Part shown: one piece after another, positions 32,040 to 32,804 of the stretch
Layout: the number at the start of each line of letters is the position of its first letter
Numbering within the stretch: position 1 is the stretch's first letter
Origin: Asterionella formosa
Taxonomy: Eukaryota
Assembly (NCBI GenBank): GCA_002256025.1
Contig: NKIB01000410.1
Coordinates: 1-32,804 of the forward strand
Length of the DNA: 32,804 bases
Direction of reading: 5' to 3'
Notes under the pieces: generated by a model
What the model saw: the letters and a program-made list of their open reading frames with translations, nothing else
Database searches by the model: none
What the model was told of the DNA's origin: nothing
Translations under genes and position numbers: made by a program

Positions 32040-32545
32040 ATGTTCAGTAGTGAGAAAATCACGTCACCAATTGATATAAATATATTAGTGACGTACACAG
32101 TACTGAGAAACCAGATGTTCGCAGAAGAACGCGCGACCAGAATTTCGCAAGATATTTAGAAACTATTCATCGAGGTCTGTAGACGAGAAACATAATGAAT
32201 TTTCCACATAGCAAGGAAGTACAACGTTTCCCGTACCTCCCAATATGCAAACTGTAGTGTATGAAGCTATAAACTGAGGAAGTGACGTTTGGAATAATGC
32301 AAACTGCACTGCATGAAGCTTTGACCACTTATGAAGTGACGTATAGAACTGAGAAAATCACGTCCACCACTCTAAATAAATTTGTCAGTGACGTATAATA
32401 TGTCCAACAGCTTACCGGTGCAGGAAATTACAGGTGACTTGCTACTAGGTACTGAGAAAGTGACGTACAGTACCTGGTCCTGAGAAATAACGTCCACCAC
32501 CTATAATAAATTTAAAAGTGACGTACTGAAAAAGGGACGTATAGT
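32040..32545 (+). repeat. Degenerate ACTGAGAAA/GTGACGTA repeat cluster, also present at 26273-26370
   Basis: Units of TGAGAAAATCACGTC(C)ACCA...TAAAT...AGTGACGTA at about 32050, 32349 and 32480, in the same orientation as the copy at 26295-26345. Confidence 0.75.
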
Positions 32546-32804
32546 ATATGTACAGAATACATCGCCTTACTGTATGAAGCTTTGAAATTTACTTTTATGT
32601 ACGGTATGTTCAAGATGGTACCCTGGTACCGTTTCTCGTACCTGGTACCTGGTGAGCGATCTTGCGCATCAATACAAATGTATATAGGGTTAGTGTTATA
32701 TCATATATGTATCAGAACTCAATAATGAGAGAACTCGACTAACCCTCATTGTATACTTTGGTGTCGACTTGGAGAACGAGTTACACACAAGGATTAACAA
32801 ATAA

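Overview
Eukaryotic nuclear DNA, most likely a diatom or related stramenopile alga. This is inferred from short GT-AG introns, a bipartite plastid-targeting peptide, and diatom/oomycete-type transposon proteins. Host genes: a small two-exon CX5R phosphatase, a PsbQ-like thylakoid-lumen protein, malate synthase with a peroxisomal -AKL end, a four-exon RDH/BDH-like SDR, CENP-S/MHF1, a U-box-like/treble-clef protein, and SRP40/Nopp140. Most intergenic DNA is mobile. It includes the 5' LTR and gag of a Copia-like retrotransposon, a DD39D mariner relic, three relatives of one TIR family, a decayed Crypton-like tyrosine recombinase interrupted by a tRNA-Ala-derived SINE with a perfect 19-bp TSD, and a two-ORF PIF/Harbinger element. 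Four observations stand out: (1) the retrotransposon's primer-binding site is a perfect 15-nt complement of its own LTR, suggesting tRNA-independent self-priming; (2) the tRNA-derived SINE; (3) a 153-nt strand-asymmetric hairpin with G-U and tandem G-A pairs; (4) GGTACC/CCTGGTACC clusters upstream of most genes. All family assignments come from recognising motifs by eye, not from database searches.
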